A DNA stretch of 64,000 bases from Candidatus Poseidoniales archaeon (GTDB lineage Archaea; Thermoplasmatota; Poseidoniia; Poseidoniales; Poseidoniaceae): the NCBI GenBank assembly GCA_038150305.1, contig JAYOTG010000003.1:2893-66892 (forward strand), given 5' to 3'. Below, piece by piece: positions 35,096-46,000 of this stretch. The stretch's first letter is position 1, and every line of letters begins with the position of its first letter. Below the pieces are notes generated by a model. It was not told the DNA's origin, searched no databases, and saw only the letters and a list, made by a program, of their open reading frames with translations. A program made the translations under genes and the position numbers.

Positions 35096-38000
35096 ATGGG
35101 CAAGGACGAAGGGTTGGCCGGCGGCGAAGCCGCCTCGGAGGGTCGGCTTTCCGCTTTGCGTCGCGCAGGCCGCGCTTCGATGTCCCGACGGGCTTCAGAA
35201 GTCAGCGGCGCGGTCAAGAATTTCGACGCGAAGTCAGCGGTGGACGCCATGTTGGATGCTCCCTCGAGCCTTCGTCGGGAATGGCAACGCACCGGCGCGA
35301 TTGGGGCCATCACCCGCTTCCCGCTGCTGACCGTCCTCGCCTTCTTCGGCATGACCTTGTTCTTCGTCTCCCACTCGGGTTTCCTCGACAACACAGGGTT
35401 CGATCGAGACCCAGACAACCCCGCGCTCAACGTCAACGGGGACATGGAAGTGTACCTGCCTGACGGGTCCGACGTCAGTGCCCTCATCGCGAAAGTTGAA
35501 GAAGATTGGACGACCGACGTGATGGTCATTTACATCGAGTCGAACAAAAACAACATCACGGACCAACGCATCCTCCAAGAGATCAGTTACGTCGAGGAGA
35601 CCCTGAATCCCTACATTTCAGACGACGAACTGGACGACGTCATCTACATCCTGTCCCTGTCGACGGTCATCAAAGAGGTCAATTCCAGTGCGCCTCGTGT
35701 CCGTACTGCCCTCATTGAGGAACTTGGCGAATCTGCGTGCCCGCCGGACACGGACGATTGTGCCAGCAGAACAGCAGCGCAGGCGTTGAACGAAGTCCTT
35801 GCGTCCACCGACGTCGGCGCACGCGCCATCCCGACACAGGGCACCATCGATCTCATTGTGCGTGAAATGTACGAGGACGACGGATCGCCGACGCCGGGTT
35901 TGGATAAACTGGCGCGGAACACCAACCCGTGCACCCTCGCCGGTGGGCTGTGCGACAACGACGAGGATTCGCTCCTCGACCGTGCCGTGATGGCCATTGC
36001 GGTGACTGAGAACAAACCGGCGAAGCAAATCATTGAGGAGACCCAAGGCCAGTTGGACGAGATCTCGACCAAAAGCCGCCCTTGCCTGTACGACGAAAAC
36101 GGTGATCCGAACGCGGAAGCCGGACTGTGCACGTGGGACGATTTGGGATTGAACATGACCTTGACCGGGCCGGTGCCCATCACCAACGCGGTCACGGAGT
36201 TTTCCTTCCAGCTCTTTTGGGACATTTTCCCGATGGCCGTCGTTTTGGTCGCCCTTGGCTTGTTCGTCTTCCACTGCGATTTGCTTCAGACTGGACTGAC
36301 CGGCATCCGGCCCCTGCAGGGCATCAAGGTCGTCAGCATTGCAGGTCTTCCGACCTTGTGCGCCGTCTTTTGGACGATGGGCATCTTAGGTTGGACAAAT
36401 TTCGAGGTGACCATGACCGTCATCATCGTCGGGCCGATTTTGCTCGCGCTCGGCGTCTCGTACGGCCTTCACATCACCAACCGCTACGCGGAGGAAACTG
36501 GGACAAAGCAGGAGAAGATCCGTGCGGCCATGTCATCCACAGGTCGAGCCGTCTTTTTGTCCGCTGTGACCACCGTGATCGGCTTCGTCTCGCTTGTGTT
36601 CACGCCGATGGCGCCCATCCAGACCGTTGGCATCGCGCTGTCAGGTGGTATTGTCGTCGTGTACATTCTGACCATGTTCATGGTGCCGAACCTTACGCTC
36701 CTTCTCGATCTTGAGAAGCCCAAGCACCCACCGCTCTCCGCCTTCAACGTGGTCGTCGAGGTTCCAATCCGTCGCTCGAGTTGGGTGCTGGTGGTGTTCT
36801 TTGTGTTCATTCTCGTTTCCGCGACCGTGGGCCAAGCCAACGTCGAGGAGAACATCGACCTCCTTGGGATGGCGCCCGAGGACGAGCTCTCCGTCATCAA
36901 AATGAAGCAATACAGCGACGAATTCAACGCCGGTCAGGTCGGTATGGTCTTGGTGCATGCAAACGTGACTGGGAACATCAACGACGAAGATTCAAGCAAC
37001 GACGATCCGGCGGCCATCCTCGAGCAAATCGAGGTGCTGGAGACCAAGATCAACGAGGTTGAGAACGCCTCGGCCGTGTCGATTGTCTTCCTGATGAAAG
37101 CCACAGGTGTAGCGGTGTCCATCACCGGAGCCCCCATCGCAGAATTCATCGACGAAACACCCGGCATCCCTGATGAAGTCAAGGACACAGCGACCGCTTT
37201 GTTGAACCAAGAGATCATCGCCGACGCTTCGTTTTGGGATGTCTTGACCAACCCTTCGCAGTACAACATGCCCGGTGATCGCCAATCGCAGATTTTCCTG
37301 CTGAACGTCTTCTATGCCTCCATCACCGAGGAGACGTTGCAGGTGTTCATCAACGAGAATTACGACCGGACCCTCATCCTTGTGGACATGCCCTTCATTC
37401 CAGTGGCAGACACCTCGGTGAGCGTCGATGAAATCAACATCCAGGCGGCCGCTTTTGCCGGTCCAAAAGGCGAGTATGCAGAGGACATCACCGGCGTGGC
37501 CGCGACGGCCATCGAAGTGAACCAATTGATCGTCGGCTCCCAATGGCGCTCCCTTGCCTTCGCAGTTGTGTTGACCATCATCACGCTGGCCATCGTGTTC
37601 CGCGATCTGAAATACTCCTTGTTGACGACATCCCCCGTCATCGCCACCGTTGCCATGCAATGGTTGGTCATGTGGCAACTCGACGTTCCGCTGTCGCTGG
37701 TGACGGTGATGATCGGGTCCATCCTTGTGGGCGTCGGCGTGGACTTTTCGATTCACATTGCGAACCGCATTCGCGAACTCGGCGGTGGGATAGAGGCGAT
37801 TCGCACCGCAGCGGTCGGGACCGGTATGTCGCTCGCTGAGGCGGCCACCGTCACAAGTTTGGGCATGATGACGGCCTACCAAATCCCGATTCCAGAAATC
37901 AAACCCTTCCTCACGGTGATTTTGATCTTGTTGTGGGTGGCCGCTGCCGGAGCCCTCGTGCTCTTGCCTGCCATCTTCGTGGCCCTCGAAAAGGCCGGCG

Positions 38001-38122
38001 TGACCACGGTGGGTGGCCGCTCTGGTCTCGCGAACAAACTCGGTCTCGGTCGAAAGGCCGCTCCAGTTGAGGACGTGGTCTACGATGCCGTCATCGTGGA
38101 GCGCACCGGCGACGCGTGGTGA
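35096..38122 (+). CDS. RND-superfamily exporter (MMPL/COG1033-like), two 6-TM bundles with large extracytoplasmic domains
   Basis: 1008 aa. Two hydrophobic blocks (about aa 340-560 and 840-990) with SSD-like segments such as GILGWTNFEVTMTVIIVGPILLALGVSYGLHI and VMIGSILVGVGVDFSIHI. Confidence 0.75.
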   Translation: MGKDEGLAGGEAASEGRLSALRRAGRASMSRRASEVSGAVKNFDAKSAVDAMLDAPSSLRREWQRTGAIGAITRFPLLTVLAFFGMTLFFVSHSGFLDNTGFDRDPDNPALNVNGDMEVYLPDGSDVSALIAKVEEDWTTDVMVIYIESNKNNITDQRILQEISYVEETLNPYISDDELDDVIYILSLSTVIKEVNSSAPRVRTALIEELGESACPPDTDDCASRTAAQALNEVLASTDVGARAIPTQGTIDLIVREMYEDDGSPTPGLDKLARNTNPCTLAGGLCDNDEDSLLDRAVMAIAVTENKPAKQIIEETQGQLDEISTKSRPCLYDENGDPNAEAGLCTWDDLGLNMTLTGPVPITNAVTEFSFQLFWDIFPMAVVLVALGLFVFHCDLLQTGLTGIRPLQGIKVVSIAGLPTLCAVFWTMGILGWTNFEVTMTVIIVGPILLALGVSYGLHITNRYAEETGTKQEKIRAAMSSTGRAVFLSAVTTVIGFVSLVFTPMAPIQTVGIALSGGIVVVYILTMFMVPNLTLLLDLEKPKHPPLSAFNVVVEVPIRRSSWVLVVFFVFILVSATVGQANVEENIDLLGMAPEDELSVIKMKQYSDEFNAGQVGMVLVHANVTGNINDEDSSNDDPAAILEQIEVLETKINEVENASAVSIVFLMKATGVAVSITGAPIAEFIDETPGIPDEVKDTATALLNQEIIADASFWDVLTNPSQYNMPGDRQSQIFLLNVFYASITEETLQVFINENYDRTLILVDMPFIPVADTSVSVDEINIQAAAFAGPKGEYAEDITGVAATAIEVNQLIVGSQWRSLAFAVVLTIITLAIVFRDLKYSLLTTSPVIATVAMQWLVMWQLDVPLSLVTVMIGSILVGVGVDFSIHIANRIRELGGGIEAIRTAAVGTGMSLAEAATVTSLGMMTAYQIPIPEIKPFLTVILILLWVAAAGALVLLPAIFVALEKAGVTTVGGRSGLANKLGLGRKAAPVEDVVYDAVIVERTGDAW

Positions 38123-38160
38123 AGCGAGGATTCAATGACCGTGAGGCCTCCCCAGCCATC

Positions 38161-38646
38161 ATGAGGTCCCTCTGGCTCATGAAGTCCGAGCCCCACGTCT
38201 ATTCCTATGACGACCTGGTTGCTGACGGCCAGACGCACTGGGACGGGGTGCGGAATTACCAGGCAAGGAACATGATGCGTGACCAAATGAAGGTCGGCGA
38301 TCTCGTGCTGTACTACCACTCCAACACCAAGCCTCCACACGTCGCTGGCCTTGCTCGGGTCGTCCGCGAAGGCTATCCAGACCATACAGCCTTGGACCCC
38401 GATTCCAAGTACTTCGATGCGAAAGCCACCGCTGAAAATCCTCGTTGGAGCATGGTGGACCTCGCACCCGTGGCCGCTTGTCCGGAGGTGGTGTCGCTGG
38501 AGGCCATCAAGTCCGATCCTGCCTTCGAGGGGATGCTTCTGATTCGCCGTGGCCAACGTCTGTCGATTCAACCCGTGGAAGAACACCACTTCCGGCGCGT
38601 GCTCTCCTTGGCCGGCTTCGACGTGGATGCGATGATGGAGGCATGA
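38161..38646 (+). CDS. EVE (PUA-like, DUF55) domain protein
   Basis: MRSLWLMKSEPHVYSYDDLVADGQTHWDGVRNYQARNMMRDQMKVGDLVLYYHSN is the canonical EVE N-terminus. The track ORF starts at GTG 38116, overlapping the exporter stop. Confidence 0.85.
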   Translation: MRSLWLMKSEPHVYSYDDLVADGQTHWDGVRNYQARNMMRDQMKVGDLVLYYHSNTKPPHVAGLARVVREGYPDHTALDPDSKYFDAKATAENPRWSMVDLAPVAACPEVVSLEAIKSDPAFEGMLLIRRGQRLSIQPVEEHHFRRVLSLAGFDVDAMMEA

Positions 38647-39887
38647 CCATGGCGAAGGACGAGGTTCGTGCTGCGGCGAGGGCCCTGTCCATCGAGTACG
38701 CGATTCGTGATGTCGTGGTTCCCGCCACGGCCCTCGAAGCGGAAGGCCATGAGATCATCAAACTGAACATCGGCGACCCCATTGCCTACCCCGGCCTTCC
38801 GACCCCTCAACACATGGTTGACGCCTATGTTGAGGCCGTACAGCGCGGAAACAACGGATACTCGCCGTCGTACGGGCTTCCCGCGCTGCGCGAAGCTGTG
38901 GCCGAGGAGGAACGGAGCAAAGGTTGGCCCGCAAGGCCCGACGACATTTACGTCTGCCACGGCGTCACTGAAGCGCTGCAGCTGCTCTTTGCGGCGGTGC
39001 TCGAAGAGGGCGATGTCGTCCTGGCGCCTGGCCCGCACTATCCTCCGTATATGGCGTATCCACAGATGTACGGTGCGACGACGGTTGAGTACCGTCTTGA
39101 TCCAAACGACGGATGGAAGGTTGACCTCGCTGACCTTGAGGCGAAGATGAACGAGAAGGTCCGTTTTGTGGTGCTCATCAACCCCAACAACCCGACAGGA
39201 AACGTGGCCACACCAGAAGAGGTGGACGCCATGCTTCGCATCGTCAAGACGTGGCCTCAGTGCGTGATCATCGCCGACGAAATCTACGACGGATTGGACT
39301 TCACAGGGCATCATGTCTCTGTCGCAAGCCGTTCAAACGACGTTCCTGTCCTGACCTTGAACGGCGTGTCCAAGGTCTTCTTTGCACCAGGATGGCGCAT
39401 CGGTTGGTTCGGTCTTCACGACCCATCCGGGACCTTGGGTGGGGTCCGGGAGGCGCTTGAGCGCCTGCTTCGTTCACGGTTGTGCGCATCAACACCCGCC
39501 CAGCACGGCTACCTGGCGGGACTGACGGGGAACCGCGCCTGGTTGGGCCCTTACCTCGAGCGTGTCCAAGCACAACGGCAGAAATGCCTCGATCGCATTG
39601 CTACCATTGACGGTCTTGAGGTCGAGGCGCCGGGTGGAGCCTTCTACATGTTCATCCGCTTGACCGACGAGGTTTGGGCCAAGAACGACAAGCAATTCGT
39701 GTTGGATTTGCTCCACGAAGAACACGTCTTGCTGGTGCACGGAAGTGGGTTCAGTCCTGACTGTGGCCAGGGTCACGTCAGGTTGGTGTACCTGGCCGAC
39801 GTTGCTGTGTTGGACGAAGCCTTTGACCGCATCGAGCGCTTCCTCAATCGGCACCAAAATCGAGCCATGTTGGAGATGGATTCTTGA
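38643..39887 (+). CDS. Class I/II PLP aminotransferase (archaeal alanine aminotransferase-like)
   Basis: The ATG overlaps the EVE stop (ATGA). ALSIEYAIRDVVVPATALEAEGHEIIKLNIGDP, INPNNPTG, the LNGVSKVFFAPGWRIGW PLP lysine, and HGSGF. Confidence 0.85.
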   Translation: MTMAKDEVRAAARALSIEYAIRDVVVPATALEAEGHEIIKLNIGDPIAYPGLPTPQHMVDAYVEAVQRGNNGYSPSYGLPALREAVAEEERSKGWPARPDDIYVCHGVTEALQLLFAAVLEEGDVVLAPGPHYPPYMAYPQMYGATTVEYRLDPNDGWKVDLADLEAKMNEKVRFVVLINPNNPTGNVATPEEVDAMLRIVKTWPQCVIIADEIYDGLDFTGHHVSVASRSNDVPVLTLNGVSKVFFAPGWRIGWFGLHDPSGTLGGVREALERLLRSRLCASTPAQHGYLAGLTGNRAWLGPYLERVQAQRQKCLDRIATIDGLEVEAPGGAFYMFIRLTDEVWAKNDKQFVLDLLHEEHVLLVHGSGFSPDCGQGHVRLVYLADVAVLDEAFDRIERFLNRHQNRAMLEMDS

Positions 39888-39910
39888 GCAGGTCCTGACT
39901 CCATCCGGCC

Positions 39911-42900
39911 ATGAACCGCGCTCTAGCAATCATGCTGGGCATGGTTTGGCTTGCTCCTGCGGCAGCAGCCCAAGTGGTCATCGTCCAGCCGAGCGAGCCG
40001 AGCGCGGAACTTGCCATTCCCTTCAGCATCGCCGTTGTCGCGGCTCTCCTGCTTTGGCGTTGGTTTGTGCCGCGCCAACTTGCATCGCTCCAAGTGGCCT
40101 TCGAAATCGACGATGACCTCTACGAAGTCCACAGGATTTCCAAGACGGTGAAAGAAGCCCGAGAGCTCCTTGGTGAACGATCCGTCAGTCGAGGGGCGAT
40201 CCTGTACATGATGGGCATGACCGGAATTCTGCTCCTCATCGCGGAATTGATGTTCGATCCGAACACGTTCTATTTGCCGAATCTGTACATCATCGGGCTG
40301 CTCGTTGGCCTGCCTATCCTCGTTTCGCCGTGGGAGACCCTCAACGCGCAACTCATTGGTGTGGCGTCCTCCAGGGTGAAAGCGGGTTTGGCTTCGAGGT
40401 TGAGTCGCATCACCACCCTGCCTCTCCTGTTGGCGGCTTTGGTGAGCACGGTGTTTCTCGGCCTTCAACTCGAGGGCACGCTCACGCCTGAGTGGATTGC
40501 CATTGCCCTGTTGGTCTTCATGGGTCCGACCATCATCGCCTACGGTCGAATCATGGGGGCGTCCTGGAACGTGTTGCTGCTCAACAAGTGGAGGTCCTTC
40601 CGAGGCCAGACCACGGCGATTGATCCTGAGCAGCCACGCTTCGTGAACCGCGTGGTCGCGATCATCCTCGTCTTGTTCCTGTTCACCATGCCTTTGACGG
40701 CCTTGAACGGCATCGTCACGGTGATTTACGTCGTTTCCGTGGAGCCCACGAACACGGAGGCCATGCTCAACTACGGAGGCATCATTGGGTATTCCATCTA
40801 CTCCAACATCGACCTTATCATGGAAATCGTCGGCCAGTTGGAGGTTCTGAAGAGCCTCCCTCAGGTCCTTTCCTTGTACCTCTCGCTCAACGTCGCCATC
40901 GTGGGATTGGCCTTCATTTTCGAACTCACGAGAAACCTGCTCCTCGGTGGACAGTCGTTTGGTGGGACCTTCGGTGTGCAGCTTGCTCCGCCGCGTGACA
41001 TCCGCAGCGAAGTCGGCGTGCGAGGAAAACTCGTTGCGTTTTGCTTCGCTGGCTTCTCGGGCTACACCGTGCTCCTGTTGCTGCTTGTGTGCTACAAGGA
41101 ATTTGGTGACGTGATGCCGTACACCGATTGGCTAACGGCACAGGCCTTTGACGAAGAAATGCGTCTGCTGACAACGTGGATGTTCATCGCGGTCGGTCAA
41201 GCCATTTTCATGCTCACGTGGCTCGCGTCAATCAGTCAGTTTGGGCGGCTCCGAAGCCTGCGGTTCGACATCGACCCAGATCAACGGCGTGATGGTGCGG
41301 TCATGCTCACGGAAGGCAATAACCTGCGAATGATGATCGACAAGGCAGCCCAAAACGATGATTTGGACATGCTTCGCCGCCTCCAGTCCGCTGAATTCAC
41401 GGACGATGAGGCCCTGATCCGTCACGAGAAAGCACGAGCAAAGATGTGGGAATTGGCCCTTCGCGGCCTTTGGCCTCAAGCTTCGGAAGAGGCGAAGAAG
41501 GTGCTCGCCCAGTCGGGTGGAGACGACGATGAATCCCGCCTCCTCTTGGCCGCATCTTACCTCGCAAGCCGTCGGTTGGACGCAGCGCGCGAGGCCCTCT
41601 ACGGACTTGAGCAACCGGAAGGTTACGATGAACCAGAATTGATTTCATTCCTGTGCGAATGGCTGGACCCTTGGCACGGTCGTGTGGATGAGGACGACCT
41701 CTGGGATTGGGAGAACAACTCGACCATCGACCACCTTCAGGACATCATGAAGATGCTCGAATCGTGGGACCCCAATCCCGACACCATGAATCGCCACGAT
41801 GACCGCTTATCGCGCATCGGTCGCATTTCTCGCGTGGCCCTGCTGCGGGCCCAGCGTCGACACAAGGAGGCACTCGAACTCGCCCTCGATTGCGTTCGAG
41901 CCGATCCGACAGGTGTGCGCCCTCGGGTTGCGGTTTCCCTCTGCCTTGTTGATCAAGGCCGGTGGCACGAGGCCAGGACCGTGCTTGATGAGTTGAACGC
42001 AAGCGACCCCAACGACCCACGCGTGAAGAGCCTCATGGCGCTCATGGGTCACCACCCTGACATGGACGAATTCGAAGTGGCGATGGCCATGGAACCTCGG
42101 GCAAAGGGGCGAAATTACCTCGACGAAGCGCCCATCAATCCAATGGCAGGCGCCCTCATCAGAGGCGGTTTGGATGAGGCCTTGACCGCCAATGCCCTCA
42201 TTGTCGCCCACGAAGCCGTCAGGCGGGAGGTTGCCCCAGGTCACCGAACCTCGGCCATCACCTACCTGATCCACCTCGGGCTTGTCCTCCCACTCTGGGG
42301 CATGGGAGCCGCCTATTTGGCCACCTTGCGAGGAACCACCGTCGGTTTGGGCGCTGCCTTGGCCTTCGGGGGCTTGCACGTCATGTACCTTCGGCTGCTC
42401 CAACAACAACGGCATGTGGTGAAACAGCGGGACCAGCGCATGATGATTGAATTTGGTCGAAGGCTGAAGCGAAGGAAGGCCGTTCCGACGGAATCCAACA
42501 CGCCGATTGGAACCCATCTCATCTTGACTGGCCTCTTGCTGACCGTCAACGGTGTTGTGCTTGACATCGGTTTGCCGGCCTGGTTGGCGGCCAGAAACGA
42601 AGAGGTCTCGGACCGTTCCCTCCAAGCCCGACTCAAGCGAAGAGCAGCAAAGATGGAGCGCGCGAAATCCCCACGTACCAAGCCGCTTGGCCGCGGGTGG
42701 TGGCTCAAGCGCGAGGATCCCACCGACGGCGGCCCTGCGCTCGACGCACTCATTGGGCCGTCCGCCTACAGGGGTCGTGCAGCGGCAGAAGGCTTGAAGC
42801 AGAAAATCGGCGGCAGTATCAGCGGTGGACCGCCTCGTCGTCTCTCGGTTTCCGATTTGGACATGGCCGGTCGTGGCGCCCCCATGAACACCCGGAGGTC

Positions 42901-42934
42901 CGAACGATTTTCCGGTGTGAGCAGGCCTCGTTGA
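39911..42934 (+). CDS. Large polytopic membrane protein with a central TPR-like helical-repeat region and basic C-terminal tail, function unknown
   Basis: 1007 aa. About 10 N-terminal TM helices. A soluble helical region (aa ~470-760) with TPR-like pairs (LLLAASYLASRRLDAAREALYGL, ALELALDCVRADPTG, CLVDQGRWHEARTVLDEL). Then 3-4 more TM helices and an R/K-rich tail. Confidence 0.7.
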   Translation: MNRALAIMLGMVWLAPAAAAQVVIVQPSEPSAELAIPFSIAVVAALLLWRWFVPRQLASLQVAFEIDDDLYEVHRISKTVKEARELLGERSVSRGAILYMMGMTGILLLIAELMFDPNTFYLPNLYIIGLLVGLPILVSPWETLNAQLIGVASSRVKAGLASRLSRITTLPLLLAALVSTVFLGLQLEGTLTPEWIAIALLVFMGPTIIAYGRIMGASWNVLLLNKWRSFRGQTTAIDPEQPRFVNRVVAIILVLFLFTMPLTALNGIVTVIYVVSVEPTNTEAMLNYGGIIGYSIYSNIDLIMEIVGQLEVLKSLPQVLSLYLSLNVAIVGLAFIFELTRNLLLGGQSFGGTFGVQLAPPRDIRSEVGVRGKLVAFCFAGFSGYTVLLLLLVCYKEFGDVMPYTDWLTAQAFDEEMRLLTTWMFIAVGQAIFMLTWLASISQFGRLRSLRFDIDPDQRRDGAVMLTEGNNLRMMIDKAAQNDDLDMLRRLQSAEFTDDEALIRHEKARAKMWELALRGLWPQASEEAKKVLAQSGGDDDESRLLLAASYLASRRLDAAREALYGLEQPEGYDEPELISFLCEWLDPWHGRVDEDDLWDWENNSTIDHLQDIMKMLESWDPNPDTMNRHDDRLSRIGRISRVALLRAQRRHKEALELALDCVRADPTGVRPRVAVSLCLVDQGRWHEARTVLDELNASDPNDPRVKSLMALMGHHPDMDEFEVAMAMEPRAKGRNYLDEAPINPMAGALIRGGLDEALTANALIVAHEAVRREVAPGHRTSAITYLIHLGLVLPLWGMGAAYLATLRGTTVGLGAALAFGGLHVMYLRLLQQQRHVVKQRDQRMMIEFGRRLKRRKAVPTESNTPIGTHLILTGLLLTVNGVVLDIGLPAWLAARNEEVSDRSLQARLKRRAAKMERAKSPRTKPLGRGWWLKREDPTDGGPALDALIGPSAYRGRAAAEGLKQKIGGSISGGPPRRLSVSDLDMAGRGAPMNTRRSERFSGVSRPR

Positions 42935-43033
42935 AGGGCCCCTGAACGTGGCGCGGTGCGACGATTAACGTCGAACAAATCACGTGAAGTTCTATAACCG
43001 GCGCGAGGAACCGCAAGAACCGGGGTCTTAGCC

Positions 43034-46000
43034 ATGGCCATGAATCACAACCAGATGGCATACGTCGCCATCATCACGACGCTCATTTTCGGCTCCTTGT
43101 TCGTTGGAATCAGTGGATTCTGGCAAACCAACGAACGTATCGGGGACTTCGAAAGCGCTGCAGAAGAGGACATCTTCGGTGAAGGCACTGAATCTGCTGA
43201 GACCTTGGACTCCGATGGGGATGGACTTCCGGACACCCTTGAACAAACCCAGTACGGGACGCTCATCAACGACCCGGACACCGACGGTGACGGCATGTCG
43301 GACGGCTGGGAAGTGGCCCACGGCCTGAACCCGCTCGACAACGGTGAATCTGATGACGTCACGCTCGACCCGAGCGAAGCTGACACGGAGGACGCCACCA
43401 AAAAGAACGAGACCGATGCTTGGCCTGATCCCAACCAAGGTCCGAACGGTGACCCTGACCGGGACGGTTTGACCAACACGGTTGAACAAGACCTGGGCAC
43501 CGACCCTCAGCGCGCGGACACCGACAACGACGGATTGAACGACCGTTGGGAATCCCTGTACTCGACGGTCGTGACCACGGTCGGAGGCGACGTGACGCTG
43601 TTCGATCCACTCCGCGGAAACTGGGACTGCCTTCTCCTCGACGCCGGAACGGAGCAGGCTCTGGAGGATTACTACGACGACGCCAACGAGGAAGACCCTG
43701 CCAACCCCAGCTGGGACGACTTGGCCAACTCCGAGGGCAAGCACTCCTGTGACAGCGTGCTCGACACGGATGAGGACGGCCTGCCCAACTGGCTGGAGGA
43801 ACAATACGGAACGGACCCCACGTCCCGGGACTCGGACCAGGACCTCATCGATGACATCGTCGAAGTTTCCACTCAACTCGTGAACATCTTCGTCGGAACC
43901 GGCGAAGAGTGCAACGTTGCCCTCGTTCAATCCATCGACAGGGTGGCTCCCTTCCAGACCAAGGACGATGCGTGGTTCCTCGGCGACATGGACGGTGACG
44001 GCCTGCTCAACGGACCATCGGACTGGGACACGGACGGTGACGGCATGCCGGACGGGTTCGAGTACTGCTACTCGCACTTGACCGATCTCAGCGATGAGAT
44101 CGCCATCAACCAAGGCCTCGACACCTCCATGCTCCTTGACCCGGCCAACGCTTCCGATGCGTACGGCGACTGGGACGAGGACGGCTTGAACAACCTCGAA
44201 GAGTACCTCGTTGCGGAATCGTTCGGCCCGAGCAACTTCACCTCGCCATGGCGCATCGACACCGATTTGGATCAAATGCCCGACGGCTGGGAATCGAGCA
44301 ACGGCCTCCACCCCCGCGACGGTACGAACGGCGATGAAGACCCAGACCGAGACGGATGGGACGCTGACGGTGACGGCGCAGTCGTCTACGCGGAGCTGGT
44401 CAACAGCGTGACGGTCATTGGCGTCGACGTGGAACTGGACGACTGGGTCATCGCGAACCAAACCGTGGCGCGCGGTCAAATTACCCTCGCCGGCGGCAAC
44501 AAGCAAACGGTTTCGCTTGGCTCACCGGTTGACGGCTACGTCTACGACATCCACGTCGCAGTCGGCGACGTGATCGAATCTCGGCTTGACGTTTGGATGG
44601 ACATCGTCGAACCTGAGGAGCAATTCACCAACCTGATGGAATACAACGCACGCGACCGCGATGGCGACGGATTGGCCGACGGACGTTCGACTGACCCACT
44701 GGTCGCCGATACGGACGGCGACGGTCTCCGCGATGGCATCGAAGTGATGGGTTGGGAGATCCTTGTCGTCAACGTCGGTGTCCAGCGCATCATGGTGACC
44801 AGCGACCCCGGTCTCTACGACACCGACGCCGATGGTCTGTCCGACTTCATCGAATTCAGCGAATTGTGCGACACCGGTTCCAACGCCTCGAACCCCGACA
44901 CGGACGGCGACGGACTCGGCGACCAGGCCGAGGCACTGTCCGGGTTCACGTGGGAAGGCGAGTCCTACTTCACCGATGCCTGCATGTTCGACACCGACAA
45001 CGACGGCTTGGAGGACGGCGAGGAAGTCATCGCCGGTCAAGACAACTTCCTGACCCACGCCAACAACTCGGACACCGACGATGACGGGTTGAAGGACGGC
45101 AATGAGGTGCTTTTCGTGCCTCGACCTTTCCAAAAGCCGACCAACCCCCTCATCAATGACACCGACGCGGACGGCATGCTCGACGGTTGGGAGATGCAGG
45201 TTAAGTCGGCCGAGGACAACACGAACTCGCACAGCCTCTGGGTCGCTGCCAGTTCATGGTCGAGGCCCGGCTGTGAATCCACGCAGACCAACAACTGCCT
45301 GATGGAGCCTGGTGGCTACGTGTGGCAGAATTTCCTCGGTGGCTTCGTGCTTGAAGCCAAGTACGAGGTGTGGGAGATGAACCTCAGTGGATTCACCATC
45401 CCCACCAATCCTCTCTGTGACGGATGTTCCGGCCGCTGGGCCCTCGATCCTTCACTCGACTCCTTGGCCGACGCCAATTATGACGTCGACAACGATTCGC
45501 TGATGAATTCCGCAGAGGCTCCGGACCGCTGGAACACCAACCCCGTGGACGACGACACAGATCAAGACATGCTGCCCGACGGCTGGGAAGTGCTCTACAG
45601 TCAACTCGCGCTTGAGCGAGGTCTTGTCGACAACTTGTCGATTGCATCCTCTGGCGCCCGTGGCGTGATGGACCCCTCGATGGAGGACAGCGACCTCGAC
45701 GGCATTCCCGATGGACAGGAAGACCCTGACCGTGACGGACTGAACCGCAGCGGTTTGGTCAAGAAATACTGTCCCGGCTATGACGATCCCACAAACAGCC
45801 AGTGTCACATCAACCCCGACACCCCCGATGGCGTTCGTTTCTACAACAACCTGGAGAACTACACGAATTTCGAAGAATTCCAAAACGGCACGGACCCGGT
45901 CACCAACGACACCGACGGTGATGAATGGAACGACGGACCGGAGGTCTACTACCAAGACCACGACAACGACGGCATGGCCACGGGCTGGGAATACCACTTC

